This document shows, piece by piece, positions 10,701-19,898 of a DNA stretch of 42,623 nt (its first letter is position 1; every line of letters begins with the position of its first letter). The position numbers and the translations under genes were made by a program. The stretch is from Acutalibacteraceae bacterium (GTDB taxonomy: Bacteria; Bacillota; Clostridia; Oscillospirales; Acutalibacteraceae). The stretch is taken from contig JAZORX010000072.1 of NCBI GenBank assembly GCA_045656845.1, positions 1-42,623 of the forward strand, given 5' to 3'. The notes under the pieces were generated by a model. It worked only from the letters and a program-made list of their open reading frames with translations. It was not told the DNA's origin and ran no database searches.

Positions 10701-11315
10701 AGCGTAAATGTCGGAGCGATCGAGGAATATGCTGAGGTTTCAGAACGCTATGCCTTTATGAAAGAGCAGCTCGACGATATCGAGCGCTCCCGTGAAGAGC
10801 TTAACCGTCTTATCGGTGATCTTACGGGCAAAATGGCAGAGCAGTTCAAGGAGCAGTTTGTCAGAATCAACAGCTATTTCGGCGAAACATTCGTTGAGCT
10901 TTTCGGTGGAGGCAAGGCAGAGTTGCTTCTTGAAAATCAGAACGATGTTCTTGAATGTAACATTGAAATCAAGGTTCAGCCACCGGGCAAGAATGTTCAG
11001 AATATTGACCTTCTCTCAGGTGGTGAAAAGGGTCTCGCTGCGATTGCACTTCTCTTCTCAATTCTCAAGGTTTCTCCGTCTCCGTTCTGTATCTTTGACG
11101 AGGTTGAGGCAGCGCTTGACGATGTCAATGTAACCCGATATGCTCAGTATGTGCGCCGTATGACGCAGAATACTCAGTTCATTCTCATCACACACAGACG
11201 AGGAACGATGGAAGAAGCCGATGTTCTTTACGGTATCACAATGCAGGAAGAGGGCGTTTCAAAAATGCTCGAGCTCCAGACGACAGAAATGGCAAGAAAA
11301 CTCGGAATTACCTAA
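7743..11315 (+). CDS. smc: Chromosome partition protein SMC
   Basis: 1190 aa. Walker A GPNGSGKSN, long coiled coils, hinge, signature LSGGEK, Walker B FCIFDEVEAALD. Confidence 0.97.
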   Translation: MRLKALEMQGFKSFPDKTVFNFNHGMTAVVGPNGSGKSNIADAVRWVLGEQSTKNLRGSKMEDVIFGGTKIRKALGFAEVTLKLDNSDRSLNNCDKDEVSVTRRYYRSGESDYMLNGAVVRLRDIHELFMDTGLGRDGYSLVSQGRIADLISSKSGQRREMLEEAAGISHFRYRRNDANRKLAQAEENLIRLRDILSELESRVGPLKVQSEKAQKFLVLAAEKKELEIGLWLNTIETSKTKLREQEDKLSIAQAQYDGIEAALNVIEQETETIFAKNQEITVRIDNLRMNATSYEEQAVHIDGEISVEKNTILHNNQTIERIRRDMTDAADSEKGLNAEIEESKKEIDELLEEIASKKNELDLAAADIAKARLENSEFSDKIADLSQKITEITNKIADKRIEETTANSSIEEIMGRVSNIDGVLSTRNGYITELEGKKNECQAELDKLKEEETQIMNAVSGYNMRVQSREEKAEKLKNEIDARGLDILQKKDKIRILDEMEKNMEGYSGAVKSIVREAKGGMLRGIHGPLSQLINVSDRYAIAVETALGAAIQNIVTDNENDAKRAINFLKEKKSGRATFLPLTAIKAKPFTEKGLDDCYGFIDMADMLLDYEEKYSEVIKSLLARTAVAEDLDSAIAIAKKYDYRFKIVTLDGQVVNAGGSMTGGSRGHNAGILSRGNEIDKLNAQIKELSAQQQISQEEYKKLSEELALVKADLDASQADLKRTQEDVIRKESEFTLIDGKLDTANAALEELRREKHNANLRISDLDELKAKAQAEIDEYNKELGSLQADLDVVTHGREQLDEKRENLSQLEAKINLDILAYEKDIQARREAVDLLIRRMASHEGKLDDLNEEIAVIENANKEIENKIIELEKKAADLRSMGAQSKSDVEALIKERTECDALSVKLRSEERMKLDEREKISGELARLEERKETMLKQLDDAVNKLYDEYQLTKSEAEAMNIVIDDYQKAHRTLQEIKGKIRALGSVNVGAIEEYAEVSERYAFMKEQLDDIERSREELNRLIGDLTGKMAEQFKEQFVRINSYFGETFVELFGGGKAELLLENQNDVLECNIEIKVQPPGKNVQNIDLLSGGEKGLAAIALLFSILKVSPSPFCIFDEVEAALDDVNVTRYAQYVRRMTQNTQFILITHRRGTMEEADVLYGITMQEEGVSKMLELQTTEMARKLGIT

Positions 11316-11326
11316 GAGGTGATTGT

Positions 11327-13150
11327 ATGTTAAAACCTTTAGTTTTCAGACAGTATACAACCAACGAATTAAAGCCTGCAGGCTGGCTTGAAAATCAGCT
11401 GAGAATTCAGGCAAATGGACTTTCAGGCAATCTCGATAAAATATGGCCTGATATCCGTGACAGTGCATGGGTCGGAGGCGATTGCGAAGGTTGGGAAAGA
11501 GTGCCTTATTGGCTTGACGGTTTTATTCCTCTTGCGTATCAGCTTGAGGATGAGGATATGATTGCAAGGGCAAAAAATTTCATCAATGCAATCATTTCCC
11601 GTCAGCAGGAGGATGGTTGGATTGCTCCGTGTTCCAAGGAAAAAAGAAACGAATATGATATGTGGGCAGTTTTTCTTATCTGCAAGGTGCTCGCTCTTTA
11701 TGCAGATTGTGCAAATGACGAGGAGAGAATTTTGCCTGTTATTTATAAGGCGCTTAAAAATCTTGACAGTCACATTCGTGGAAATATCCTTTTTGATTGG
11801 GCAGCAGCAAGGTGGTTTGAATGTCTTATTCCTCTTGCGTGGCTTTATGAAAGACAGCCTGAGGATTGGATGCTTGACCTTGCGCAGAAGCTTGATATCC
11901 ATGGCATCGATTACGAAAAGCTTTTTGCTGATTGGAGATATGAGAAAAGGCGTGAAGGCTGGAGCTTTCTCAACCATGTTGTAAATATGGGAATGATGAT
12001 AAAAGCATATGCCCTCCGTTCACTTTTTACCGGTGAAGATTCCAATGCTTTTGCTAAAAAGTCAATGGAAATTCTGCTTCGTGACCACGGAATGGCTTGT
12101 GAACATTTTTCGGGCGATGAATGCCTCAGCGGCAGAAGTCCGATTCACGGCTCAGAGTGCTGCTCAGTGACGGAAGCTATGTATTCTTACGAATGGCTGA
12201 CTGCGATTACGGGCGATGCTTATTGGAGCGACAGACTTGAAAAAGCAGCATTCAATGCGTTGCCTGCAACTATCAGCCCCGATATGTGGACTCATCAGTA
12301 CGACCAACTTTCAAATCAGGTTCAGTGCTCTGTTTTTCCTCAGGGTAAGCAACCTTTTGATACTAATTCTGAGGAGTCACACCTCTTTGGACTTGAGCCG
12401 AATTACGGCTGCTGCACGGCAAACTTCAATCAGGGTTGGCCGAAGTTTGCGATGAGCACATTTATGAAAGCTGAGGACGGAATTGCTGTAACAACAATTG
12501 CTCCGTCAAAGCTTGTAACCGATAACATAACAGCAGAAATTATAACAAACTATCCCTTTGAGGATGGGTATTCAGTTAAAATCAAGGCTGAAAATCAGGG
12601 TGCGTTTGTGCTGTATCTGCGTATTCCCGAAGGTGCAGTAAATCCGACGATAGACGGAAAACCTGCAGAATCAGGCTATAATAAAGTTATGATTACAACT
12701 GAGGGTGAAAAGGAAATCAGCGTTTCTTTCAGCTTTGAAGCAAAGCTTTATGAAAGAGATAACGATATGTATTGCCTCAGAAGAGGAAATCTCACTTTCG
12801 CTCTCCCGATAGGCGAGAGATGGGAAAAGAAAGAGTATATCCGTGACGGCGTTGAAAGAAAGTTCCCGTATTGTGACTACGAGATTTATCCGACCTCTGC
12901 GTGGAATTATGCTTTCACAGGAGATGATTTCTCAGTTGAATTCGGCACGGTAGGCGAGACTCCGTTTTCACCTGATAATGTACCTCTTAAAATCAAAGCA
13001 AAGCTGGTGCCGATTGAGTGGAATTTGGTTGACGGAATCTGCACGGAAACACCTTCATCACGAGTGCCGATGGGTGAGTCGGTTGAGCTTGAAATGATTC
13101 CCTATGGCTGCACAAATCTCCGTATGACGGAAATGCCCGTTGTGAAATAA
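11327..13150 (+). CDS. GH127/DUF1680-like glycoside hydrolase (beta-L-arabinofuranosidase-like, cysteine type)
   Basis: 607 aa. N-terminal GWL..QL..Q region; SECCSVTE and EPNYGCCTANFNQGWPKF resemble the Glu/Cys3 Zn site and Cys nucleophile region of GH127. The family call is from memory of these motifs. Confidence 0.65.
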   Translation: MLKPLVFRQYTTNELKPAGWLENQLRIQANGLSGNLDKIWPDIRDSAWVGGDCEGWERVPYWLDGFIPLAYQLEDEDMIARAKNFINAIISRQQEDGWIAPCSKEKRNEYDMWAVFLICKVLALYADCANDEERILPVIYKALKNLDSHIRGNILFDWAAARWFECLIPLAWLYERQPEDWMLDLAQKLDIHGIDYEKLFADWRYEKRREGWSFLNHVVNMGMMIKAYALRSLFTGEDSNAFAKKSMEILLRDHGMACEHFSGDECLSGRSPIHGSECCSVTEAMYSYEWLTAITGDAYWSDRLEKAAFNALPATISPDMWTHQYDQLSNQVQCSVFPQGKQPFDTNSEESHLFGLEPNYGCCTANFNQGWPKFAMSTFMKAEDGIAVTTIAPSKLVTDNITAEIITNYPFEDGYSVKIKAENQGAFVLYLRIPEGAVNPTIDGKPAESGYNKVMITTEGEKEISVSFSFEAKLYERDNDMYCLRRGNLTFALPIGERWEKKEYIRDGVERKFPYCDYEIYPTSAWNYAFTGDDFSVEFGTVGETPFSPDNVPLKIKAKLVPIEWNLVDGICTETPSSRVPMGESVELEMIPYGCTNLRMTEMPVVK

Positions 13151-13164
13151 TATTTAATTTGCAT

Positions 13165-13201
13165 CGCATCCCGGAACTCAGGTTCAGGGGTGCGTTTTTT
13201 T
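13165..13201 (+). terminator. Intrinsic terminator after the GH127-like gene
   Basis: cgcatccc (13165-13172) plus gaac pairs with gttc plus ggggtgcg (13187-13194), followed by TTTTTTT. Confidence 0.85.
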
Positions 13202-13233
13202 GCTTAAAAAGCTGAAAAAATCGCAATAAACTC

Positions 13234-13262
13234 TTGATACTTGAGCCGTTTTCTGCGATAAT
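13234..13262 (+). promoter_or_regulatory. Sigma-A-type promoter for gltX-glnS
   Basis: TTGATA-17 nt-GATAAT, about 50 nt upstream of the gltX ATG. Confidence 0.5.
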
Positions 13263-13312
13263 ATAAAATGTATATTTATATGTAGGTCTACCTACTTTAA
13301 GGAGCATTTAAT

Positions 13313-14974
13313 ATGAGTGATTATGAAAAACTTGCGGAGTTATTGTTCCCTGATATAACAAAAACTCCTGAAGATTATGAAGCAATATATCCCGAAAGAG
13401 GATTGTCAGAGGGTGCAAGAGTTTCCCGTTTCGCCCCGAGCCCGACAGGATTCCTCCATCTCGGTGGTCTTTTTGCATCAATGATTTCCCGCCTTACAAC
13501 CCGTGCAACGGACGACGGTGTTTTCTTCCTTCGAATTGAAGATACAGATAAGAAGCGTGAAATCGAAGACGGTGTTTCTGCAATCATCACAGGTCTTAAG
13601 GATTTCGGTATGACACCCGACGAGGGCGTTATGGGCTTTAATGAGGAAAGCGGAAATTACGGCCCTTATCAGCAGAGCCACAGAAAAGAGATTTATCAGA
13701 CGATTGCAAAGAGCCTTGTTATAAAAGGTCTTGCATATCCTTGTTTCTGCTCAGAGGAAGAACTCAACGCTATCCGTGCAGAGCAGGAAAAGGTAGGCAC
13801 ACCGATTCAGGGCTATTTCGGTGAATGGGCAAAGTGCCGTGAGCTCAGCTTTGAGGAGCAGAAGGCTAATATTGAGGCAGGAAAACCCTATACTCTTCGT
13901 CTTCGTTCTCCGGGTAATGCAGATAACAGAATTAAGTTCGATGACCTTATAAAGGGCAAGATCGAAATGCCTGAGAATATTCAGGATGTTGTCCTTCTTA
14001 AGACGGACGGTATTCCTACATATCATTTTGCACACGCAGTTGACGATCATTTTATGAGAACAACTCATGTTGTCCGTGGTGACGAGTGGATTTCTTCAGT
14101 GCCTCTTCATATTCAGCTTTTCAAAGCTTGCGGATACAGAGTGCCGAAATATGCTCATATCTCTCCGATTATGAAGGAGGATAACGGTGGCAAGCGTAAG
14201 CTCTCAAAGCGTAAGGACCCCGAAGCTTCAGTTTCGTTCTATACAGAGAGTGGTTATCCGAGAGAGAGCGTTATTGAGTATCTTCTCACAATCGCAAACT
14301 CAAACTTTGAGGATTGGAGAAAGGTTAATAAGGATGCACCTCAGTCAGCATTCCCGTTCAACCTTAAAAAGATGAGCGCAAGTGGTGCATTGTTTGATCT
14401 TAACAAGCTCAACGATGTCAGCAAAAATGTTATCTCAGTTATGACAGCTGATGAGGTTTATGAAAAAGCTCTCATCTGGGCTAAGGCATATGACGAAGAG
14501 CTTTATAATCTCTTCTCAAATGATGAAGCGTTTGCAAAGGGCATTCTTTCAATCGACAGAGGCACAGCTAAACCCCGTAAGGATATCGCAAAGTGGGACG
14601 AAATCAAGGATTATGTTTCTTATTTCTACAACGATATCTATACTCCCGACTATTCTCTTCCCGAAAATATCTCAAAGGAAGATGCTGCGGCTGTTCTTGA
14701 AGCATATATCAAGGTTTTTGATGCTGCTGACGATAAGGACACATGGTTCAATAAGATAAAAGATCTTTGCGAGCCTCTCGGCTTCACCCCGAATGTAAAA
14801 GAATATAAGAAAAATCCCGAAGCTTTCAAGGGCCATGTCGGTGATGTTTCAACGGTTATCCGTGTTGCAATAACATCACGCCGTAACACTCCGGACCTTC
14901 ATTCAATTATTGCTCTTCTTGGCAATGACGAGATAAAGGCAAGGCTCGAAAGCGCACTTAAAGAATATAAATAA
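13313..14974 (+). CDS. gltX: Glutamate--tRNA ligase (long, bacterial-type)
   Basis: RFAPSPTGFLHLGG (HIGH region) and KLSKRK (KMSKS); 553 aa. Confidence 0.88.
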   Translation: MSDYEKLAELLFPDITKTPEDYEAIYPERGLSEGARVSRFAPSPTGFLHLGGLFASMISRLTTRATDDGVFFLRIEDTDKKREIEDGVSAIITGLKDFGMTPDEGVMGFNEESGNYGPYQQSHRKEIYQTIAKSLVIKGLAYPCFCSEEELNAIRAEQEKVGTPIQGYFGEWAKCRELSFEEQKANIEAGKPYTLRLRSPGNADNRIKFDDLIKGKIEMPENIQDVVLLKTDGIPTYHFAHAVDDHFMRTTHVVRGDEWISSVPLHIQLFKACGYRVPKYAHISPIMKEDNGGKRKLSKRKDPEASVSFYTESGYPRESVIEYLLTIANSNFEDWRKVNKDAPQSAFPFNLKKMSASGALFDLNKLNDVSKNVISVMTADEVYEKALIWAKAYDEELYNLFSNDEAFAKGILSIDRGTAKPRKDIAKWDEIKDYVSYFYNDIYTPDYSLPENISKEDAAAVLEAYIKVFDAADDKDTWFNKIKDLCEPLGFTPNVKEYKKNPEAFKGHVGDVSTVIRVAITSRRNTPDLHSIIALLGNDEIKARLESALKEYK

Positions 14975-14989
14975 GAGGAGGAACTAAAA

Positions 14990-16642
14990 ATGGAAGAAGA
15001 AATCAAGGTTTCCAATTTTATTCATGATTTTATAGATGAAGATCTCAAAAACGGAGTCAACACCAGAGTGCAGACCCGTTTTCCGCCTGAGCCGAATGGT
15101 TATCTTCACATCGGCCACGCAAAGGCTCTGTGCATAGACTTCAGCACAGCTGAAAAATACGGTGGAATCTGCAATCTTCGTTTTGACGATACAAATCCGT
15201 CAAGAGAAGATGTTGAATATATCGAAGCTATCAAGGAAGATATCAAGTGGCTTGGATTTAATTGGGAAAACATTTACTATGCTTCAGGTTATTTTGATTT
15301 TGTTTATGAATGTGCTCTTAAGCTCATTCAGGACGGTAAGGCTTATGTTGATGACCTTACTGCAGACGAAATCAGAGAGTACAGAGGTACTCTTACAGAG
15401 CCGGGCAAGGAAAGTCCCTACAGAAACCGTTCAGTTGAGGAGAATATGGATCTCTTCAAGAGAATGACAGACGGTGAATTCGGCAACGGTGAAAAGGTGC
15501 TTCGTGCAAAGATTGATATGGCATCGCCTAACCTTAATATGCGTGACCCTGTTATTTACAGAATTTCTCATGTTTCACATCATCAGACAGGCGATAAATG
15601 GTGCGTTTACCCGATGTATGACTTTGCTCATCCTCTTTCCGACGCAAGAGAAAGAGTAACATATTCTCTCTGTTCTCTTGAGTTTGAAAACCACCGTCCT
15701 CTTTACAACTGGTTCCTTGAGCAGATCGGTTTTGATGAGCCTCCCCGTCAGATTGAGTTTGCACGTCTTAACATCAACTACTGCGTGACAAGCAAGAGAA
15801 AGCTTCTTGAAATGGTTAATAAGGGAATCGTTGCAGGTTGGGATGACCCGAGAATGATAACTCTCTGCGGTATGCGCCGTCGTGGTTATCCTGCAACAGC
15901 CGTAAGAGATTTCATAAACAGAATCGGTGTTTCAAAAGCAGACAGCACGGTTGATTACGGTCTTATCGAGGCTTGCGTAAGAGACGATCTTAACCTTAAT
16001 GCACCCAGAGCTATGGCAGTTCTCAAGCCGCTCAAGGTTATTATCGATAACTATCCTGAAGGACAGAGTGAGGACTTTGAAGTTGAGCTTCATCCTGATC
16101 ATCCTGAAATGGGTACCCGTAAGGTTACTTTTGCCCGTGAGCTTTATGTTGAACAGGACGACTTTATGGCAGAGCCTGTCAAGAAGTATTTCCGTCTCTT
16201 CCCGGGCAACGAGGTTCGCTTCAAGAGCGCATATTTTGTAAAATGTAATTCTTATGAAACAGATGAGGAAGGCAATGTAACCTGCCTTCACTGCACATAT
16301 GACCCTGAGAGCCGCGGAGGAAACTCTCCTGATGGCAGAAAGGTCAAGGGAACAATTCACTGGGTAAATGCAAACGATTGCATCAAGTGCGAAGCCCGTC
16401 TTTATGACAGACTCTTCAGCGCTGAGGAGCCCGGTAAGGAGCACGACTATGAGGAAGATCTCAACCCGAATTCATTGACGGTTGTTGACGATTGTCTTCT
16501 TGAAGGTGGCTTTGGTAATGTTAAACCGGGCGACACCTTCCAGTTTATGCGTAACGGTTATTTCTGCGTCGATAAAGACAGCACAGACGATAAAATCGTA
16601 TTTAACCGTACGGTAGCGCTCAATTCATCTTGGGGCAAGTAA
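14990..16642 (+). CDS. glnS: Glutamine--tRNA ligase
   Basis: [17 protein letters not shown] and VTSKRKL motifs; 550 aa GlnRS-like body. AGGAGG RBS. Confidence 0.92.
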   Translation: MEEEIKVSNFIHDFIDEDLKNGVNTRVQTRFPPEPNGYLHIGHAKALCIDFSTAEKYGGICNLRFDDTNPSREDVEYIEAIKEDIKWLGFNWENIYYASGYFDFVYECALKLIQDGKAYVDDLTADEIREYRGTLTEPGKESPYRNRSVEENMDLFKRMTDGEFGNGEKVLRAKIDMASPNLNMRDPVIYRISHVSHHQTGDKWCVYPMYDFAHPLSDARERVTYSLCSLEFENHRPLYNWFLEQIGFDEPPRQIEFARLNINYCVTSKRKLLEMVNKGIVAGWDDPRMITLCGMRRRGYPATAVRDFINRIGVSKADSTVDYGLIEACVRDDLNLNAPRAMAVLKPLKVIIDNYPEGQSEDFEVELHPDHPEMGTRKVTFARELYVEQDDFMAEPVKKYFRLFPGNEVRFKSAYFVKCNSYETDEEGNVTCLHCTYDPESRGGNSPDGRKVKGTIHWVNANDCIKCEARLYDRLFSAEEPGKEHDYEEDLNPNSLTVVDDCLLEGGFGNVKPGDTFQFMRNGYFCVDKDSTDDKIVFNRTVALNSSWGK

Positions 16643-16661
16643 TAAAAAGGAGCTTTAGAAT

Positions 16662-17354
16662 ATGAAAATCCTTAACAGAATAGTTACCTTTGTTCTGGCT
16701 CTTGCAGTTTTTCCTGCGTTGGTAACAAGGATACTTATCAGAATAGTTGAAGACCCTAAGGGTCTTATGGCAAACAGTGCGCTTATTGAGACAAACCTCA
16801 ATTTCAGCCAGCTTGTTGATTACATCAAGGACGGAACAATCAGCATCGGCAATCTGTTCTCGTCTTCATCCAATCTTCCGGGCGAAATCCTTAAAATGAA
16901 GGGTTGGCTCATTGCGACTCTCGTTTTCATAGTTATTGCTTTGCTTATAGCGATAGTAATTATGGGTTGCGCACTTTTCACAAGAGCACATAAAACGGTT
17001 ATGTGTCTGAGTGCAGCAGGTGCTCTCTGTGTCTTTATTGCAATGGGATTGTTCCAGAAGTTTACAACTCCGTTTACAGAAGGTGTTATGACTCTCGCAG
17101 ACCTCTTGCCTGACAGTTTCCTTGGTGGCGAATTCGTCGGCAGCATTGCTGAGATGCTTTCAATCACGGGTACGGGTGATATTGTTGTCTTCCAGCTCGG
17201 AAATGCATTTATAACAATGGCAATTATCTTTATCGGTCTACTTCTCTGGACGGTTGCTTATTATGTAACTCTTCCTGAAGAGGAGAAGGCTTCTATCAAG
17301 AATCCTCCCGTTAAAGAAAAGAAAGTAAAGGCTAAAGCTAAAAAGGCTGACTAA
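16662..17354 (+). CDS. Hypothetical multi-pass membrane protein with Lys-rich C-terminal tail
   Basis: Several hydrophobic helices, tail KNPPVKEKKVKAKAKKAD, AAGGAG RBS, coding-like codon use. No family recognised. Confidence 0.6.
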   Translation: MKILNRIVTFVLALAVFPALVTRILIRIVEDPKGLMANSALIETNLNFSQLVDYIKDGTISIGNLFSSSSNLPGEILKMKGWLIATLVFIVIALLIAIVIMGCALFTRAHKTVMCLSAAGALCVFIAMGLFQKFTTPFTEGVMTLADLLPDSFLGGEFVGSIAEMLSITGTGDIVVFQLGNAFITMAIIFIGLLLWTVAYYVTLPEEEKASIKNPPVKEKKVKAKAKKAD

Positions 17355-17355
17355 C

Positions 17356-17392
17356 AAATAAAGCGACTCCGGAAACGGAGTCGCCTTTTTGT
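17356..17392. terminator. Bidirectional intrinsic terminator (membrane protein gene on + / rubrerythrin on -)
   Basis: gcgactccg-GAAA-cggagtcgc perfect 9-bp stem (17363-17384), flanked by aaataaa on the left and cttttt on the right. Confidence 0.85.
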
Positions 17393-17401
17393 GTGTTTGG
17401 A

Positions 17402-17932
17402 TTAATAGTTTTCTTTTCTCATTTCGAAGTAGCTCTGCGGATGGTTACATACGGGGCAAACTTCGGGAGCTTTTTTACCGATTACGAGGTGACCGCAGTT
17501 ACGGCATTCCCACATAATTTCTTCGCTCTTTTCGAAAACAGCCTTCATCTCAACATTGTTGAGAAGTGCACGGTAACGCTCTTCGTGAGATTTCTCGATT
17601 GCAGCAACTGCTCTGAACTGAGCTGCAAGAGCTGTAAAGCCTTCCTCTTCAGCGTCCTTTGCAAAGCGGTCGTACATATCTGTCCATTCGTAGTTTTCGC
17701 CTGCAGCTGCAGCAGCAAGGTTTTCTGCTGTGTTGCCAAGCTCACCGAGAGCCTTGAACCAGAGCTTTGCGTGTTCCTTTTCGTTGTTCGCTGTCTGCTC
17801 AAAAATAGCAGCGATCTGCTGATAGCCTTCCTTCTTTGCTACGCTTGCAAAGTAAGTGTACTTGTTTCTTGCCTGGGATTCACCTGCGAAAGCCTCCATA
17901 AGGTTTTTCTCAGTTTTTGTTCCCTTATACAT
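17402..17932 (-). CDS. rbr: Rubrerythrin
   Basis: Diiron four-helix motifs ([25 protein letters not shown]) plus a C-terminal rubredoxin-like CRNCG...CPVCN. Confidence 0.93.
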   Translation of the reverse strand: MYKGTKTEKNLMEAFAGESQARNKYTYFASVAKKEGYQQIAAIFEQTANNEKEHAKLWFKALGELGNTAENLAAAAAGENYEWTDMYDRFAKDAEEEGFTALAAQFRAVAAIEKSHEERYRALLNNVEMKAVFEKSEEIMWECRNCGHLVIGKKAPEVCPVCNHPQSYFEMRKENY

Positions 17933-17952
17933 AATAAATTCTCCTTTATTAT

Positions 17953-18702
17953 TTATTTCAGCGGAAATCTTACAGAAATTTCTCCGCTTGTCAATGTAAC
18001 TGTTTCGCCGTTTTCAAGGACGACGAGTCCTCCTCTGCTGTCTATATCAGCAGCCTGAGCTTCGTGCCATACATTATCTTTAAGATACCGGATATCCTTT
18101 CCGATGACATTTGAAAGCTCTTTATATTCGCTGATATATTCCACGGGATCTTTGAAAATCAGCTCAGAAATATTATTTGCAATCTCAGCAGTAAGGATAT
18201 TACGGTCAATTTCCTGACCCAATGAAGCTGCGATTTCTTTGATATCGTCGGGAAAATCGATCGTTGAAACATTTATTCCGACTCCGATAATCAGCTTCTT
18301 GACAATACCGTTTTCGCTGACGGACTGAACAAGAATTCCACAGACTTTTTTATTATCGATATAAATGTCATTCACCCATTTGATTTTTGCGTCAAGAGAT
18401 GTCAGCTTTCGTATAGCTCTTGCGCAGGCAACTCCTACAGCGCAGGTAACGCCCGTAAATTCGAAAGCAGGGGAGTCTGTGTTGTAAACAATTGAGAAAT
18501 AAAGACCGCTTCCTTTGGGTGAAAAGAAGCTTTTTCCTTGGCGCCCTCTTCCGTTAGTCTGCCCATCTGCAGCAACAAGAATACATTTTTTGTTTTCTTT
18601 GCAAAGCTCTTTGGCTATGTCGTTGGTCGATGTTACCGTGTCGTAAACAAAAACATCAATGCTGTCGTTGATTAATGAGCGTATTTTTTCTTTGCTGAGC
18701 AT
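17953..18702 (-). CDS. birA: Biotin--[acetyl-CoA-carboxylase] ligase, group I (no N-terminal HTH)
   Basis: [12 protein letters not shown] and KWVNDI motifs. Length of about 249 aa leaves no room for a repressor domain. ATG at 18702 (AAGAGG 7 nt upstream) is preferred to the tracked TTG at 18708. Confidence 0.87.
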   Translation of the reverse strand: MLSKEKIRSLINDSIDVFVYDTVTSTNDIAKELCKENKKCILVAADGQTNGRGRQGKSFFSPKGSGLYFSIVYNTDSPAFEFTGVTCAVGVACARAIRKLTSLDAKIKWVNDIYIDNKKVCGILVQSVSENGIVKKLIIGVGINVSTIDFPDDIKEIAASLGQEIDRNILTAEIANNISELIFKDPVEYISEYKELSNVIGKDIRYLKDNVWHEAQAADIDSRGGLVVLENGETVTLTSGEISVRFPLK

Positions 18703-18842
18703 TATCAAACCTCTTTTGTGCGAGTTTGTATTTCTTTATAACAAAATAATATCATAATCTTTTTAAACATACAAGCACAAGACGGAAATTTTTGAATAGA
18801 ATATATTATATGATTTGCACAGTTTTCTTAACGGAGGTCAGG

Positions 18843-19853
18843 ATGATGATAAGCAGCTGCTTCTATTACGGTGTCTATTCGCCCAAAGGTTTTTATTCTC
18901 TTGCTTCGAGGCATAGCTTCAGGGCTGAGAAAAACTATATTGTCAAAAGTTATTCAGCTTCAGCGAAGCAGGGGCTTTTTAATTCTATAAAAACAGAGCT
19001 TGAAAGAAGAGGGCAGAGCTGCATCGATTTTTGTGCAGACGAAAGAAGCATTGGAATATTCAGCAGCGATGCAGACTTCAGAATTTTTGACGGCACATAC
19101 GGCTTAGCAGAAACTGCCGATAAAATTCTGTTTCTGGGTGACCCGGAGCCGACAGCTGAAATGCAGAAATACATAAACGAAAGAAGAGAGGCTGAAAAAA
19201 GAGCGTGCAGATTTCTCTCTGCTTGCCGTTGCATCAATAATGATATGGTTCGCCTTGACTCAGCGAATATGGATATCGTAAAAATAAACCGTTTTTCAAG
19301 CAGACTCTGGTCTTCAGCAGGAGGTAAACTCAAAGGCAATATAGGAACGGAGCATAAAAGATTTGTAACCTGCATAACGCCCGACGGTGTTGAGCTGAAT
19401 ATGGAGGCTTTTGACACTTACTGCGACAATATTACGGTGATCTGTGATAAATCGGGCGCATCATCAAGAAGGATTACAGACAGGGTCAGGCGATATGCTC
19501 TGAGCGCAGGCTATGATGTTATAAGCTGCATCTGCCCGTTGAACATTGAGGGTGGAGCAGAGCATCTGATAATTCCCGAACTCAGATACGGTATTTTTAC
19601 CTGCAAGTATTATCATAAATGCGATTTTGAAAAGTGCCGAAGGGTTTCGGCCCGTAGGTTTCTTATCCCATCAGAGGCTGAAACTAAACAACGGATGGAT
19701 TTCAGCTTCAAAGCATACAAAAGGCTGATGCAGGAAGTTTTTTCTTCTCTTGAGACGGTCAGACAATGTGACATTAAAATTGAAGAAAAAATGCAGAAAA
19801 ACAGCCTTGAAGAGGATATAGGAAATATTATGAAAAAGATTTTTTGCTCTTGA
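18843..19853 (+). CDS. PRK06851-like protein with degenerate P-loops (hypothetical)
   Basis: N-terminal Y..Y.PKGFYSL, FVTCITPDGV and AEHLIIPELRYGIFT resemble the two-lobed ATPase-like PRK06851 family as I recall it. ATG at 18843 lies 5 nt after GGAGG. Confidence 0.55.
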   Translation: MMISSCFYYGVYSPKGFYSLASRHSFRAEKNYIVKSYSASAKQGLFNSIKTELERRGQSCIDFCADERSIGIFSSDADFRIFDGTYGLAETADKILFLGDPEPTAEMQKYINERREAEKRACRFLSACRCINNDMVRLDSANMDIVKINRFSSRLWSSAGGKLKGNIGTEHKRFVTCITPDGVELNMEAFDTYCDNITVICDKSGASSRRITDRVRRYALSAGYDVISCICPLNIEGGAEHLIIPELRYGIFTCKYYHKCDFEKCRRVSARRFLIPSEAETKQRMDFSFKAYKRLMQEVFSSLETVRQCDIKIEEKMQKNSLEEDIGNIMKKIFCS

Positions 19854-19877
19854 AAAAATATCTGCAAGTGATATAAT
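19850..19877 (+). promoter_or_regulatory. Sigma-A-type promoter (extended -10) for the dockerin protein gene
   Basis: TTGAAA-16 nt-TATAAT with TGa immediately upstream of the -10. Confidence 0.5.
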
Positions 19878-19898
19878 TTAGAAAAAGGAGGAGTTGTT

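Noticed and set aside
17393-18058. 221-aa + strand ORF spanning the rubrerythrin and birA loci
   Set aside because: It is entirely antisense to two well-supported genes and crosses their intergenic gap. The product is Cys/Phe/Leu-rich low-complexity sequence, typical of the mirror frame of a real gene, and there is no RBS.
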